Made by a program: the position numbers and the translations under genes. DNA of 64,000 nt, taken from assembly GCA_965248695.1 (NCBI GenBank), contig CBDFKD010000002.1, positions 5,013,201 through 5,077,200 on the forward strand, in the 5' to 3' direction. The DNA comes from Acidobacteriota bacterium (GTDB lineage Bacteria > Acidobacteriota > UBA890 > WLXD01). The stretch's first letter is position 1. Every line of letters starts with the position of its first letter. This document shows positions 1 to 9,396 of this stretch, one piece after another. The notes under the pieces are model-generated. The model ran no database searches, had not been told where the DNA came from, and worked only from the letters and a program-made list of their open reading frames with translations.

Positions 1-35
1 CAACAAGATGGCGAGCGCCCAGGCCGCTCGCAAGG

Positions 36-1337
36 CTACAGGCCCCGTCGCATGTAGCGGCTGATGGCGTCGATGGCGCGCTCGATATCCACTTCCGTGT
101 TGTAGAAGTGCGGCGAGAAGCGGATTCCACCCCGGTCCGACCCACCGCGAGACGCGGCAACGATGCCGTCCTCCTCGAGCGCTCCGAGAACTCGTCTGGC
201 ATCGAGATTCCCGGGGCGGAAGGTGACTACCGCTGCACGCAATCGCGGATCTGCCGGGGTCCACATGTGAACGCCGTCGATCGCGTTCAGGCCTTCGATG
301 AGCTGGCTGGCCAATCCTCGGCTCCGTGCCTCGATCTCGTTTTGACCGATCGATTGGAGGAACTCGATCTGCGTGCCGAAGGCCTGCAGCGCGGGGGTGT
401 CGCGCTGACCCATGCCCTCGTGCGTGCGCGACAAGCCCGACCGTCCCGAGTAGGCGCTGTAGCTCGAGGGCCAGAAACGATCTTGGACCCGCGCGTTGAC
501 GTACAGCACTCCGGTCTCCTTCGGGCCGCACGGCCATTTATGAGCGCTGCCCGAATAGAAATCCGGCTGGATATCGGACAAGTCCACGTCCAGCAGGCCG
601 AACGACTGGGCGCCGTCGATCAATGAAATGACGCCGCGTTCTCTGGCCAGGGCACAGAGCTCTTTGGCGGGAAAGAGATCTCCCGCGGTGTTGCTCTGGT
701 GCATGAAGGTCAGGACGCGCGTTTTCGCCGTGATGGCACGCTCGAACGCCGAGATGTAGTACTCGAATCCGGGGTGCGGATTGACTTGCTCCACTTCCCG
801 TACGGTGTAGCCGAAACGTTCCGCCTTGCCCTTCCACGCCTCGTTGTTGCTGGGGTGGTTGTCCGAGAAGATCAGGACCTCGTCGCCCGGCCCCAGGTCG
901 AGCCCGTTCGACACCCAGTTGTTCGCCTCGCTCGTGTTTCTCGTAATGAGGATCTCTTCGGGCGTGACGCGCAGGAATCCGGCGAGCAGCTCGCGCGTAC
1001 GTTCCTTGCCCGCACCGATCTCGCTGCGATAGCTGGGAAACGGGGCACGATCCAGTTGTTCGGTGTGCTTGACGACCGACTCCATTACCAGGGCTGGGGC
1101 AGGGCACAGGTTCGCCGCATTCAGGACCGATACATCGGGTGGCATCAGGAATTGTGACCGAACGTCATCCCAGGCGACCGCGCCCGGGCGAAGAGATCGG
1201 GCCGAGAGCAGCGGAGGTTGAAACCCCGCGAAGCCCGGGTGTCCGAGCAGCGCGGCCGAGCCGCCGGCGGCGAAGAGGCGTGCGAAGTCACGACGGTTCA
1301 AGGGCATGCGGCGCATGGGATCCTCCTGGGTCTGCAC
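36..1337 (-). CDS. Class V aminotransferase (PLP-dependent; cysteine desulfurase / isopenicillin-N epimerase-like) with Tat signal
   Basis: 433-aa ORF. PLP-lysine motif SGSAHKW and class-V fold signatures. N-terminal RRDFARLFAAGGSAALL twin-arginine signal. Confidence 0.75.
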   Translation of the reverse strand: MQTQEDPMRRMPLNRRDFARLFAAGGSAALLGHPGFAGFQPPLLSARSLRPGAVAWDDVRSQFLMPPDVSVLNAANLCPAPALVMESVVKHTEQLDRAPFPSYRSEIGAGKERTRELLAGFLRVTPEEILITRNTSEANNWVSNGLDLGPGDEVLIFSDNHPSNNEAWKGKAERFGYTVREVEQVNPHPGFEYYISAFERAITAKTRVLTFMHQSNTAGDLFPAKELCALARERGVISLIDGAQSFGLLDVDLSDIQPDFYSGSAHKWPCGPKETGVLYVNARVQDRFWPSSYSAYSGRSGLSRTHEGMGQRDTPALQAFGTQIEFLQSIGQNEIEARSRGLASQLIEGLNAIDGVHMWTPADPRLRAAVVTFRPGNLDARRVLGALEEDGIVAASRGGSDRGGIRFSPHFYNTEVDIERAIDAISRYMRRGL

Positions 1338-1523
1338 GGTGATGGAGCCAAACTACTGTTCGTGAGAGCGACCGGCAATACGTTGAGGTTCAGCTCGTCG
1401 CCGCAAGTCTCGCCAGCATGCGATTTGCACCGCCCCGGGACGGACCAGTGCGGTTGGCAGTCCGATCTGATACACACCGGCCAGGGGAGCACCCGAGCAC
1501 CTCCGAACGAGAGAGGCACAGCG

Positions 1524-3320
1524 ATGAAGGCACGGACCCTGCTGATTCTCGTCTTGCTGCTGACGCTTGCGCCCAGGGGGCACGCGCAAGAGGTCATCGC
1601 ACCGCCGGCCGTCGCCACTCGCGCAGTGGCGATGAACCCCATCAACCCGTCCGCAGCGGGTACGACGATCACCCTCACCGGCAAGGACCTCACGATCGAC
1701 GAGGTCGTCGCGGTGGCGCGCCACGGCGCGAAGGTGGAGTACGCTCCCGCGGCTCGGCAGCGCGCTCTCGACGCCTACAACCTCCTGCTCGAGGGCACAC
1801 GCCAGAACGTGCCCATCTATTTCTTCAATCGCGGCGCGGGTTCGGGGCGCGAGATCGCCATCTTCGAAGGGGATGCGCTCCTGCCCGAGAATGAGCAGAT
1901 GCTCCGAGACCGCCAGCTCGCAAGCTTCCGCCGCGGTGCTCGCTCGGGCGTCGGCCCGGTGGTCAGGGACGAGGAAATCGTGCGGGCGATGATGGTCGTT
2001 CGCGCCAACACCATGGTCTACGAGGCGGCCACGCCCGCGCTCACCCAGATGCTCATCGACCTGATCAACGAGAGGGTCACTCCTGTCGTCTGGTCGCGTG
2101 GCTCGCCGGGCGAGGGTGACCTGCCGATGATGTCCAACGTCGCCGGGACGATGGTTGGCGCCGGCGACGCGTACTGGAATGGGGTACGGATGACGGCGGC
2201 GGAGGCCCTGCAAAGGGCCGGTCTGGACGAGCTCGAGCCCTTTGCCGGTGACTCTGCGGCACTAGTGAGCTCGAACGCGTACTCGGCCGGCCAGGCCGCG
2301 CTGTTGCTCCACGAGGCCAGACGCATGCTCGACTGGTCGGACGTGACCTTCACGACAAGCATGCTCGGTCTCAATTCGAGCATCACACCGCTGACCGCCG
2401 TACCACAGAACGCCCGCCCTTTCCCGTACCAGAACATGCAGGCGCGGCGCCTGCTGAACCTCATACGCGGTAGCTACCTCTTCGACTACGAGGTAGACGG
2501 CGGCCGGATCATCCAGGACCCGCTCAGTTTTCGCGACTACAGTCAGCGCAACGGCGCGCTATGGGAGGCCTACGACCGGCTCAAGCGTAACGTCCTGATC
2601 CAGATCAACTCGTCCGACCACAACCCGGCTGTCGTGCCCGGCGCCAAGCCGAGCGACTCCTGGGAGCTCGATACCCCCTGGTTGAAGCGGTACTACATCG
2701 AGCCCGGCCCGTACTCGGAACAAGGCGGCTACATCGTCTCGAACGCGAACTTCGTGGCCCAACCCATGGCCAACGACCTGCAGGCCTTCTCGATGGCCGT
2801 TGCCGAAAGTCTGGCGGGTTCGGTGCAGCGTGTCATGCGCTTCCCGGACACGTTCTTCAGCGTTATCAGGCCGGCCGATGTTCTCTCCGCGGAGGTGCGC
2901 GCCAAGGCGCCCTCGGGGGGCAATGGCTGGGCGACCTCGGACCTCATGGCCGAGCTCCACACTCTGACGAACCCGTTACCGGCGCAGGGGCTTGCCCTCG
3001 TCCGCAACGTCGAGGACATGGAGTCGTATACGCGCCAACGCGTTGGGCGAGCTCGGCAGGCCGTAGACATCGCGCTTCGGATCATCGCGCAGGAGATGCT
3101 CTCAGCGAGCTACTGGGTCGAGGTCCGCAGAGCGCAGAACCCGGCCCGTTCGTTCGGTCGAGTGGCGGAGGATGCGCTGGCCGGCCTTCGCACTGTCCTG
3201 CCGTGGCAGGCGGATGAGCGGCCATCGATACCGGTAGGAGAGATCGTCTATGCGTTCATGCTGAGCAATCCGGCGGCTAATTACATCGGTGCTGAGGAGG
3301 GAAGCAGCGTTCCCCGCTGA
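1524..3320 (+). CDS. Aromatic amino acid ammonia-lyase (HAL/PAL) family protein without the MIO-forming Ala-Ser-Gly triad; Sec signal peptide
   Basis: ATG at 1524 preceded by GAGAGG. Signal MKARTLLILVLLLTLAPRGHAQE. Collinear with HutH, with SDHNPAV matching SDNPLV and NANFVAQPMA matching GGNFHAEPVA. Where GASGDL should be, the sequence is SPGEGDL. Confidence 0.6.
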   Translation: MKARTLLILVLLLTLAPRGHAQEVIAPPAVATRAVAMNPINPSAAGTTITLTGKDLTIDEVVAVARHGAKVEYAPAARQRALDAYNLLLEGTRQNVPIYFFNRGAGSGREIAIFEGDALLPENEQMLRDRQLASFRRGARSGVGPVVRDEEIVRAMMVVRANTMVYEAATPALTQMLIDLINERVTPVVWSRGSPGEGDLPMMSNVAGTMVGAGDAYWNGVRMTAAEALQRAGLDELEPFAGDSAALVSSNAYSAGQAALLLHEARRMLDWSDVTFTTSMLGLNSSITPLTAVPQNARPFPYQNMQARRLLNLIRGSYLFDYEVDGGRIIQDPLSFRDYSQRNGALWEAYDRLKRNVLIQINSSDHNPAVVPGAKPSDSWELDTPWLKRYYIEPGPYSEQGGYIVSNANFVAQPMANDLQAFSMAVAESLAGSVQRVMRFPDTFFSVIRPADVLSAEVRAKAPSGGNGWATSDLMAELHTLTNPLPAQGLALVRNVEDMESYTRQRVGRARQAVDIALRIIAQEMLSASYWVEVRRAQNPARSFGRVAEDALAGLRTVLPWQADERPSIPVGEIVYAFMLSNPAANYIGAEEGSSVPR

Positions 3321-3378
3321 CCGCAGCCCTGGGGGCGGCGATCGAGGGGCCGCGCGCGATGAGCGGTGGAGGTCGAGG

Positions 3379-5133
3379 ATGCAGAGAGTCACAGTGATGG
3401 CAGCTGCTGCGCTGCTGCTCGTGTCGTTCCTGGGCACGGCGGCCGCTCCTCAGGTCTCGAGCCCGGTCGTTGCCGAGGTGATCTATCGCAACGGCAAGAT
3501 CTTCAAGGGTCTCGACGAGAGCTTCGCAGATGCGGTCGCGGTTCGCGACGGCAGGATCGTCGCGGTGGGAGCCGACGAGTCGGTGCTCACGCACCGGGGC
3601 GAAGCGACACGGTTTGTCGATCTCGAAGGCCGCACGATGCTGCCGGGGTTCTTCGACAACCATATTCATCTCGGGCGCGACGGCCCACCGCTGATGGAGT
3701 GGAAGGGCGGTCTGATCGCCGAGGTGCCCGACTGGATCCGCGCCGCCACCGAAGTCACGAGCCTGCAGGACGCCTTGCGCGACAAGGCGGCTGCAACACC
3801 GCAGGGGGAGTGGATTCTAGGGGCTCTGAGCCGTGAGGTCTGGCCGAACCAGAGCCTGCCGACGCGGTGGGACCTGGACGAAGGCGCGTTCGACCACCCG
3901 GTGCTGCTGACCCGGGGCCCGCACACCACGATTCTCAATTCCCGTGCCCTGACCCTGGCGGGAATCAGCAACTCGACGCACTCCGCCGGCGGCGGCGAGA
4001 TCGGCAAAGACGCCGCCGGTGAGCCCGACGGCCGGCTCTACGACGCCGCGCGGCGCCTGGTTGCGGAGGTGGCGCCCTCGAGTGGTGCCGGTGTCATCGA
4101 TGAGCGTCAGGCGATCGAGAACATGCGGCGCAGCCTGCTCCAGCATGCCAGCGGAGGCGTGACGAGCGTAAACATCGCGTCGGTGCGGCCGGGCGAGCTG
4201 CGCACGATCCAGACCCTCTACGAGCGTCATGGCGAAGAGCTTCCGCGAGCCACGGTTCAGCTACGTCTGCGGCCCGGCTATGATGCCTATGACGATCTCG
4301 ACGTGGCGGTTCGCGAGTCCGTCCGGGAGCTGGAATCGATCGGGTTCGTCACCGGCTTCGGCGACGATCGCCTCCGGCTCGGTGCCATCAAGATGAGCAT
4401 TGACGGTGGCTTGAGCGCGCCGGCGTTCTGGTCGCTCGCACCCTATGAGAACCGGCCGGAGTTCCAGGGCGTCGTGCGCATTCCAGCTGCTGCCTTCTAC
4501 CCGGTGGCCCGGCGGGCTCACGAGCTGGGTTGGCAGCTCGGAATCCATACCATCGGCGACGGCGCCGCCGAGATGGTGGTGTCACAGCTGGAGCAGATCC
4601 TCACCGAACTGCCGCGCGAGAATCATCGCCACTACCTGCACCACGTGTCGGTGAAGCCGCCGCAGGAGACCATCGAAACGATGGCGCGCCTCGGCATCGG
4701 CGTTGCCAGCCAGCCGAGCTTCACCGTCGGTCTCGGAGCATTCGCCGTCGAGGCACTGGGCGGGAACCGCGAGGCGACGATGAACCCGACACGATCGCTG
4801 CTCGACGCCGGCATATGGGTGAGCTGGGGCTCGGACGGCGCCCCCTACGGTCCACGCGTCAGCCTGTGGACCGGGATCACGCGGAAGGGTTGGGACGATC
4901 GGGTGTACGGTGCGGCAGAGGCGGTTACGCGCTCGGAGGCCGTCCATCTGCATACGTGGGCACCGGCCTACCAGACCTTCTCGGAGGACGTGAAGGGGAC
5001 CATCGAGGTTGGCAAGCTGGCAGACTTCGTGGTGTTGGGAGCGGACCTGTTCACCATCGACGTGGATCGCATCCGCTACGTCACGATATTGCGGACGATC
5101 GTCGGGGGACGCGAGATCTACACGCGACACTAG
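3379..5133 (+). CDS. Metal-dependent amidohydrolase (amidohydrolase-3 / YtcJ-like) with signal peptide
   Basis: ATG at 3379. Signal MQRVTVMAAAALLLVSFLGTAAA. FFDNHIHLG metal-binding motif. About 585 aa. Confidence 0.7.
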   Translation: MQRVTVMAAAALLLVSFLGTAAAPQVSSPVVAEVIYRNGKIFKGLDESFADAVAVRDGRIVAVGADESVLTHRGEATRFVDLEGRTMLPGFFDNHIHLGRDGPPLMEWKGGLIAEVPDWIRAATEVTSLQDALRDKAAATPQGEWILGALSREVWPNQSLPTRWDLDEGAFDHPVLLTRGPHTTILNSRALTLAGISNSTHSAGGGEIGKDAAGEPDGRLYDAARRLVAEVAPSSGAGVIDERQAIENMRRSLLQHASGGVTSVNIASVRPGELRTIQTLYERHGEELPRATVQLRLRPGYDAYDDLDVAVRESVRELESIGFVTGFGDDRLRLGAIKMSIDGGLSAPAFWSLAPYENRPEFQGVVRIPAAAFYPVARRAHELGWQLGIHTIGDGAAEMVVSQLEQILTELPRENHRHYLHHVSVKPPQETIETMARLGIGVASQPSFTVGLGAFAVEALGGNREATMNPTRSLLDAGIWVSWGSDGAPYGPRVSLWTGITRKGWDDRVYGAAEAVTRSEAVHLHTWAPAYQTFSEDVKGTIEVGKLADFVVLGADLFTIDVDRIRYVTILRTIVGGREIYTRH

Positions 5134-5142
5134 CGTGAATTG

Positions 5143-5763
5143 CTAGCGCGCGATTTCTGCCAGGGCGGGGACCAGATCTCCGTAGCCGGTAAAGCGACGC
5201 TCATACTCGAGGCCCAGAAAGTCTGCCGCTTCGCGCGCCAGCTCGTCCAACTGCGGATCATCCGTCTGGGCGATGTACAGCGCCGTTGTGTAGTTGCCGA
5301 AATACATCTCCAACAATTCCGGATGCCGGTCGAGCCCCAGTGGGCGTTTCAAGAACGCATCGAAGTTACGTGCGAAGAAATCCGTGATGAAGAATGTCGT
5401 CAGGTAGGCACCGTCTGCTTCTTCGAAGGCTTGATTGCCGATGTAGAACGAAAAGCAATGCGGCCCTTCGATGCGTGACACGCCGTGCTTTTCGCATACC
5501 TTGTCCAGCTCGCCGCAGGTGCCGCAATCGGCGTAGCCGACGAATACATGCTCATAGCCGTCAGCACGCGCCTTGTGGATTGCGGCGTCCATGGCCGGGG
5601 CTATTTTTTCCGGATGAAAGTGGTAGTCGGCGGGCAGGCACTTCAGGTCGACGTAGTCGAAACCCAGCTGCTCGTTTACCGCCAGGACTTCACGGGCAAT
5701 CATGCCGCAGGCGATGACGCGGATCTTTCGCTTCTGTGCTGTGCCCGCAGGGTGCGTGATCAT
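5143..5763 (-). CDS. DUF1638-like protein (hypothetical)
   Basis: 206-aa ORF with a conserved Cys pattern (IACG...YADCGTCG). Weak recollection of DUF1638; function unknown. Confidence 0.35.
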   Translation of the reverse strand: MITHPAGTAQKRKIRVIACGMIAREVLAVNEQLGFDYVDLKCLPADYHFHPEKIAPAMDAAIHKARADGYEHVFVGYADCGTCGELDKVCEKHGVSRIEGPHCFSFYIGNQAFEEADGAYLTTFFITDFFARNFDAFLKRPLGLDRHPELLEMYFGNYTTALYIAQTDDPQLDELAREAADFLGLEYERRFTGYGDLVPALAEIAR

Positions 5764-5877
5764 GGCTCAAGCTTACAGGCAGCGATTGCTGCGGCACGAG
5801 CCGCGACAGCTCGTCGAACGCGGGTTTTCGCTGTTCCCTGGCGTTTCGCCCGAGGCACGCACCCGATCCCGGTCAGG

Positions 5878-7092
5878 CTACTTCACCGCCATGATTTGAA
5901 TTTGCACGACCCCACGACCAAGCGGCTGTTCGCCGACCACGGTCCAAGCCGGATAATCCCCCGTGAAGACCTCGCGGTACGCATCAACCATCGCAGGGTA
6001 ATCCCGCGTGTCACTCAGAAGAACCCATGCATCAACGACGTGCCGCCACTCGAAGCCGGCTGCTTTCAACCCACGACCCAGCCTGGCCAGCACCTCCCGC
6101 GTCTGCGCGTTCGCGTCGCCTCTGGTCGCGTCGGTCACGCCCTGGATTCCGCTGCTGAACAAGCGATTGCCAACAACGACCATGGGGCTCGCTGAGGGTG
6201 CGACGTCAGCATTCGGAATGCTGATAATCGTTTTCGGAGCCTCGACGGAGATAGTGGTGATCTCATCAAGGATGGTGCCCATGATGCCGGCCCTGAGGGT
6301 CGCCCGCGCCGGAGGGTCTTTAGGGAAGAAAGCGCGATAGGCCTCGTCCATCTCGTTCGCCAGCGCCTGATCCTGTACATAGACACGCGAGAAGACGACG
6401 TCGGCATGTGACATTCCAGCCGTCGACAACGCCTCCCCGATATCAGTCAGGGTTTGGGTCACATCCTTTCGCATGTCGCCACGTATGTACTGGCCCCCTC
6501 GCTTGTTGCTGGCGACGAGTCCCGAAATCCACAGCGTGTCGCCTGACTTGATTGCCCACGGGTAGGGCAGATTTGACTTCCCCCATTCCGCGGGTTGGAC
6601 GATTGTGCGCTCAGCTCCCTTGCGCAGTGCGATGATCGTGATCTCCACTAGGGCTGCGGATGGTGCCAATAGGTCGCCGGCCATGGTGGTCCGGACCGGG
6701 AGATCCAAATCGTCGCCTCGCGCGGTCTTGTGGGTGGTCTTGGGCCAGCCTGGATAGGCCTTGTACTCCTCGTTCATGGCCCTGAAGTCACCCTTGCTCC
6801 GCAGGTACACGTAACTCGAAACCGCCTGTTCAAGGCTGGTGTCTGCGTCGTGCAGGATCGCGGAGATGTTGTCGAGAGCCCGCCGAGTCTGGGTCTTGAT
6901 GTCGCCGAACCTACCGTCAGGTTCGCGTCCGAACTGTCCGGAGACGTACACGTAGTCGCCGGCGACCACTGCCGCACTTGCCGGCATATCGCGGTCCCCG
7001 CCGGTCATCTTGATGACCCGTTTGCCGCCCTGGCCCAGAGTCGCCACCTGAATCGCTCCGACTAGCAGAATGACGCCACCGATCGCGCGCAC
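5878..7092 (-). CDS. Secreted triple-RidA (YjgF/endoribonuclease L-PSP) domain fusion protein
   Basis: 404 aa with a signal peptide and three ~125-aa repeats. Each carries a RidA-like motif: YVYVSGQ, TLWISGL and RLFSSGI. Confidence 0.6.
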   Translation of the reverse strand: MRAIGGVILLVGAIQVATLGQGGKRVIKMTGGDRDMPASAAVVAGDYVYVSGQFGREPDGRFGDIKTQTRRALDNISAILHDADTSLEQAVSSYVYLRSKGDFRAMNEEYKAYPGWPKTTHKTARGDDLDLPVRTTMAGDLLAPSAALVEITIIALRKGAERTIVQPAEWGKSNLPYPWAIKSGDTLWISGLVASNKRGGQYIRGDMRKDVTQTLTDIGEALSTAGMSHADVVFSRVYVQDQALANEMDEAYRAFFPKDPPARATLRAGIMGTILDEITTISVEAPKTIISIPNADVAPSASPMVVVGNRLFSSGIQGVTDATRGDANAQTREVLARLGRGLKAAGFEWRHVVDAWVLLSDTRDYPAMVDAYREVFTGDYPAWTVVGEQPLGRGVVQIQIMAVK

Positions 7093-7100
7093 GAGCCGCT

Positions 7101-7943
7101 TCAGCTCGTCGGCTTGGTGAACTTCAACAGGTAGCGATCGGTGTCGTGGCGGCCATCATAGGTGCCCTCGTCGAAGCCCGAAGTGCTACGGTCGTCAGCC
7201 GGGTTTGCCAGCATGTCGGAGCGCCCCGAGAGCTCGAAGCCCCCGGCGGTGAACTCGTCGATTACGGTTTGCTCGTTGAGGCGATGCGTCTCCGAGTCCC
7301 ATCCGGGCCTGTTGCTGGCTGCCTCGACGATGCCCACCACTCCGCCTGGCTTCAGGGCTCGGAGCATCTCGGTCACCGCCTCGGGGCGAGAGGGGCCAGG
7401 GACGGTCGCGAGGTCGTGGTAGCTGCGCACCGCGACCATGACGTCGACGCTCCCCGATTTCATATCCGCAAGCTTGTCGAGTAGCTCGACGTTGCTCAGC
7501 CCATGGCCCTGGATACGCTGCTGCAAGCCCTCTCTCGTGGAGTAGTCGGTGTCCAGACCGAAGAAACCCAGGACACTCAGCACGTGCCCGTCCGCGCCCA
7601 TCAGGCGTGACATCAAGTGAGTGTTGTAGCCCTCGGCAGGCCACAGATCCGCAACCGTCATGCCTGGCTGCATGCCCAGCCACTCGTAGACATCGATTGC
7701 TTTGCGGCCAACATCCTCGGTGCGCTCGGCATCGGGGCGCGTCGGGTCATCGAGGACAGAGCGATCCAGCAGCGTCACGGCCGAATCTTGTGGCAAGGCC
7801 GAGGCAGTCTCGTCCGGGGCTAGTGGCTGGGTTTCCGGGCTACAGGCGATCATCGTTACCGCCACTCCCACGAGCAACGAGAGCAAGTGCGTATCTCCGA
7901 CGACGGCGTGATTGGTACGCTTGAACCGATTCGCCTGTCTCAC
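7101..7943 (-). CDS. Class I SAM-dependent methyltransferase, lipoprotein
   Basis: 280 aa. Lipobox-like VTMIACS. Methyltransferase-fold motifs (VADLWPAEGY..., VDVMVAV). Its 5' end is duplicated at 30.9-31.0 kb. Confidence 0.55.
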   Translation of the reverse strand: MRQANRFKRTNHAVVGDTHLLSLLVGVAVTMIACSPETQPLAPDETASALPQDSAVTLLDRSVLDDPTRPDAERTEDVGRKAIDVYEWLGMQPGMTVADLWPAEGYNTHLMSRLMGADGHVLSVLGFFGLDTDYSTREGLQQRIQGHGLSNVELLDKLADMKSGSVDVMVAVRSYHDLATVPGPSRPEAVTEMLRALKPGGVVGIVEAASNRPGWDSETHRLNEQTVIDEFTAGGFELSGRSDMLANPADDRSTSGFDEGTYDGRHDTDRYLLKFTKPTS

Positions 7944-8044
7944 CGTTGATCTCCTTTCACCGGGGCAAAAGACCTGTATCCCGTGGGCTAGGGGGCTGCC
8001 GATTCACTCGACAAGAGCGTCAACGAACTCACGACTCCCGGCTA

Positions 8045-8317
8045 GTGGCCTGTAACAGGGAATTCGATAGTGCCGTGGTGGCGAGATGGGGTCGAATGCA
8101 AGGCGCTCCGACGAGTCGATGTTGGTGCATCTTGGAGGAGGAGCAACGCCGCAGGCGGCCCGATCTCGCCGCCATCCTGCGGACAGATGGGCAGTTGCGG
8201 GCGATATCGGCGTTGCGACTCGTCGACGATGCCCGACGGCATCGCCATCCTCGCCGCGCCTCGATCTCGCCCGCAAATCCCATCTGCGGCACTATCGAAT
8301 TCCCTGTTACAGACCAC
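8045..8317. mobile_element. MITE-like non-autonomous element with 34-bp terminal inverted repeats and TA target duplication
   Basis: TIR GTGGCCTGTAACAGGGAATTCGATAGTGCCG at 8045-8075. Its reverse complement sits at 8285-8317 with 1 mismatch. TA at 8043-8044 and again at 8318-8319. The interior is also palindromic, so both strands encode RHYRIPCYRPL. No transposase. Confidence 0.5.
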
Positions 8318-9240
8318 TAGAAATCTCTCGCATGGACCAAACGGGTATCCATATCCGCTGGCGCGTCCAGGCCGAAGGCTCGCGCGACCGTTGCTGCCGT
8401 GACGGTAACGGCCAGCGAGCCGAGCTTACCGCGCGCGATTCCATCACCCCAGAGAATCCAAGGGACCCTGTTGTTCGAACTGCCCCTACGATCGTGAGAT
8501 CGGCCCTCGCCGCCGTGATCGGCGGTAACGATGACGATAGAGGGACCCGGTAGCGCCCCACTCTCTAGCACGGCAATCAGGCCGCCGAGCAACGCGTCCA
8601 CTCCGCGCAGCGCCAGCGTCTGTTTCTGATGCCCCCACCCGAACTCGTGTCCTGCTCGATCGACGTCCGGCAAGTGCACGAGCATCAGGTTCGGCTGTTC
8701 TTGTATCAGGTACTCGCGCGCCTCTCGGGCAACGATCGCGGCCGGGACATCCCGGACCTCCATTCGATCGATCGCCGGCGACAAGGCGATGTGCAGCAGC
8801 TTGGTCTTGCCGGCGAAGAATGCTGTCTTCAGCCCGGCCTCGTGGGCGACGTCGAAGACCGTTGCCGCCTCGACCAACCCCCGATCCGCCTCGTAGGCGT
8901 TCCACGTTACTCGGTGGATCGGAGGCTCGACGCCCGTCACGATCGAGGTGATCGCCGGCAGTGTAACGCTCGGCTGCACCGTTCGAGCGTCGAGCGTTGC
9001 AGCGCCCTCGCTGATCAGCCGGCTGAGCGTGGGCGCATGTTCCTTGGAGATCAGGTCGGACCGCAACCCATCCAGAATCACGATGATGACGTGACCGTCG
9101 GACCCGATCGGCGCCAGCTGGTAGGGACGCCCTGGCCGCTCGTTCACCGTGGAGCAGGCCACGAGCGTGGCGACGATCGGTGTCGCTGCGGCGAGGCTGA
9201 CGAGGAACCTGAATCGCCGCCGGGAAAAGGCAGGCGTCAT
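8317..9240 (-). CDS. Nucleotide pyrophosphatase/phosphodiesterase (alkaline-phosphatase superfamily) lipoprotein
   Basis: 307 aa. Signal and lipobox (LVACS). VIIVILDGLRSD and TADHGG motifs typical of type I phosphodiesterase/NPP. Confidence 0.65.
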   Translation of the reverse strand: MTPAFSRRRFRFLVSLAAATPIVATLVACSTVNERPGRPYQLAPIGSDGHVIIVILDGLRSDLISKEHAPTLSRLISEGAATLDARTVQPSVTLPAITSIVTGVEPPIHRVTWNAYEADRGLVEAATVFDVAHEAGLKTAFFAGKTKLLHIALSPAIDRMEVRDVPAAIVAREAREYLIQEQPNLMLVHLPDVDRAGHEFGWGHQKQTLALRGVDALLGGLIAVLESGALPGPSIVIVTADHGGEGRSHDRRGSSNNRVPWILWGDGIARGKLGSLAVTVTAATVARAFGLDAPADMDTRLVHARDF

Positions 9241-9396
9241 GTGCCTCTTCTGATAGACGGCTCGGGGTGGCCCAGTCGACTGCCGGGTTCCATTGCGTTT
9301 CCGAGAAGGGGAGCGAACATAGACATACGAAGCCTACCGCGCGATCGTGGGAGGCTCCAAGGGAGCGACAGAGGAGACCCGCATCGGGCGCGCTTG

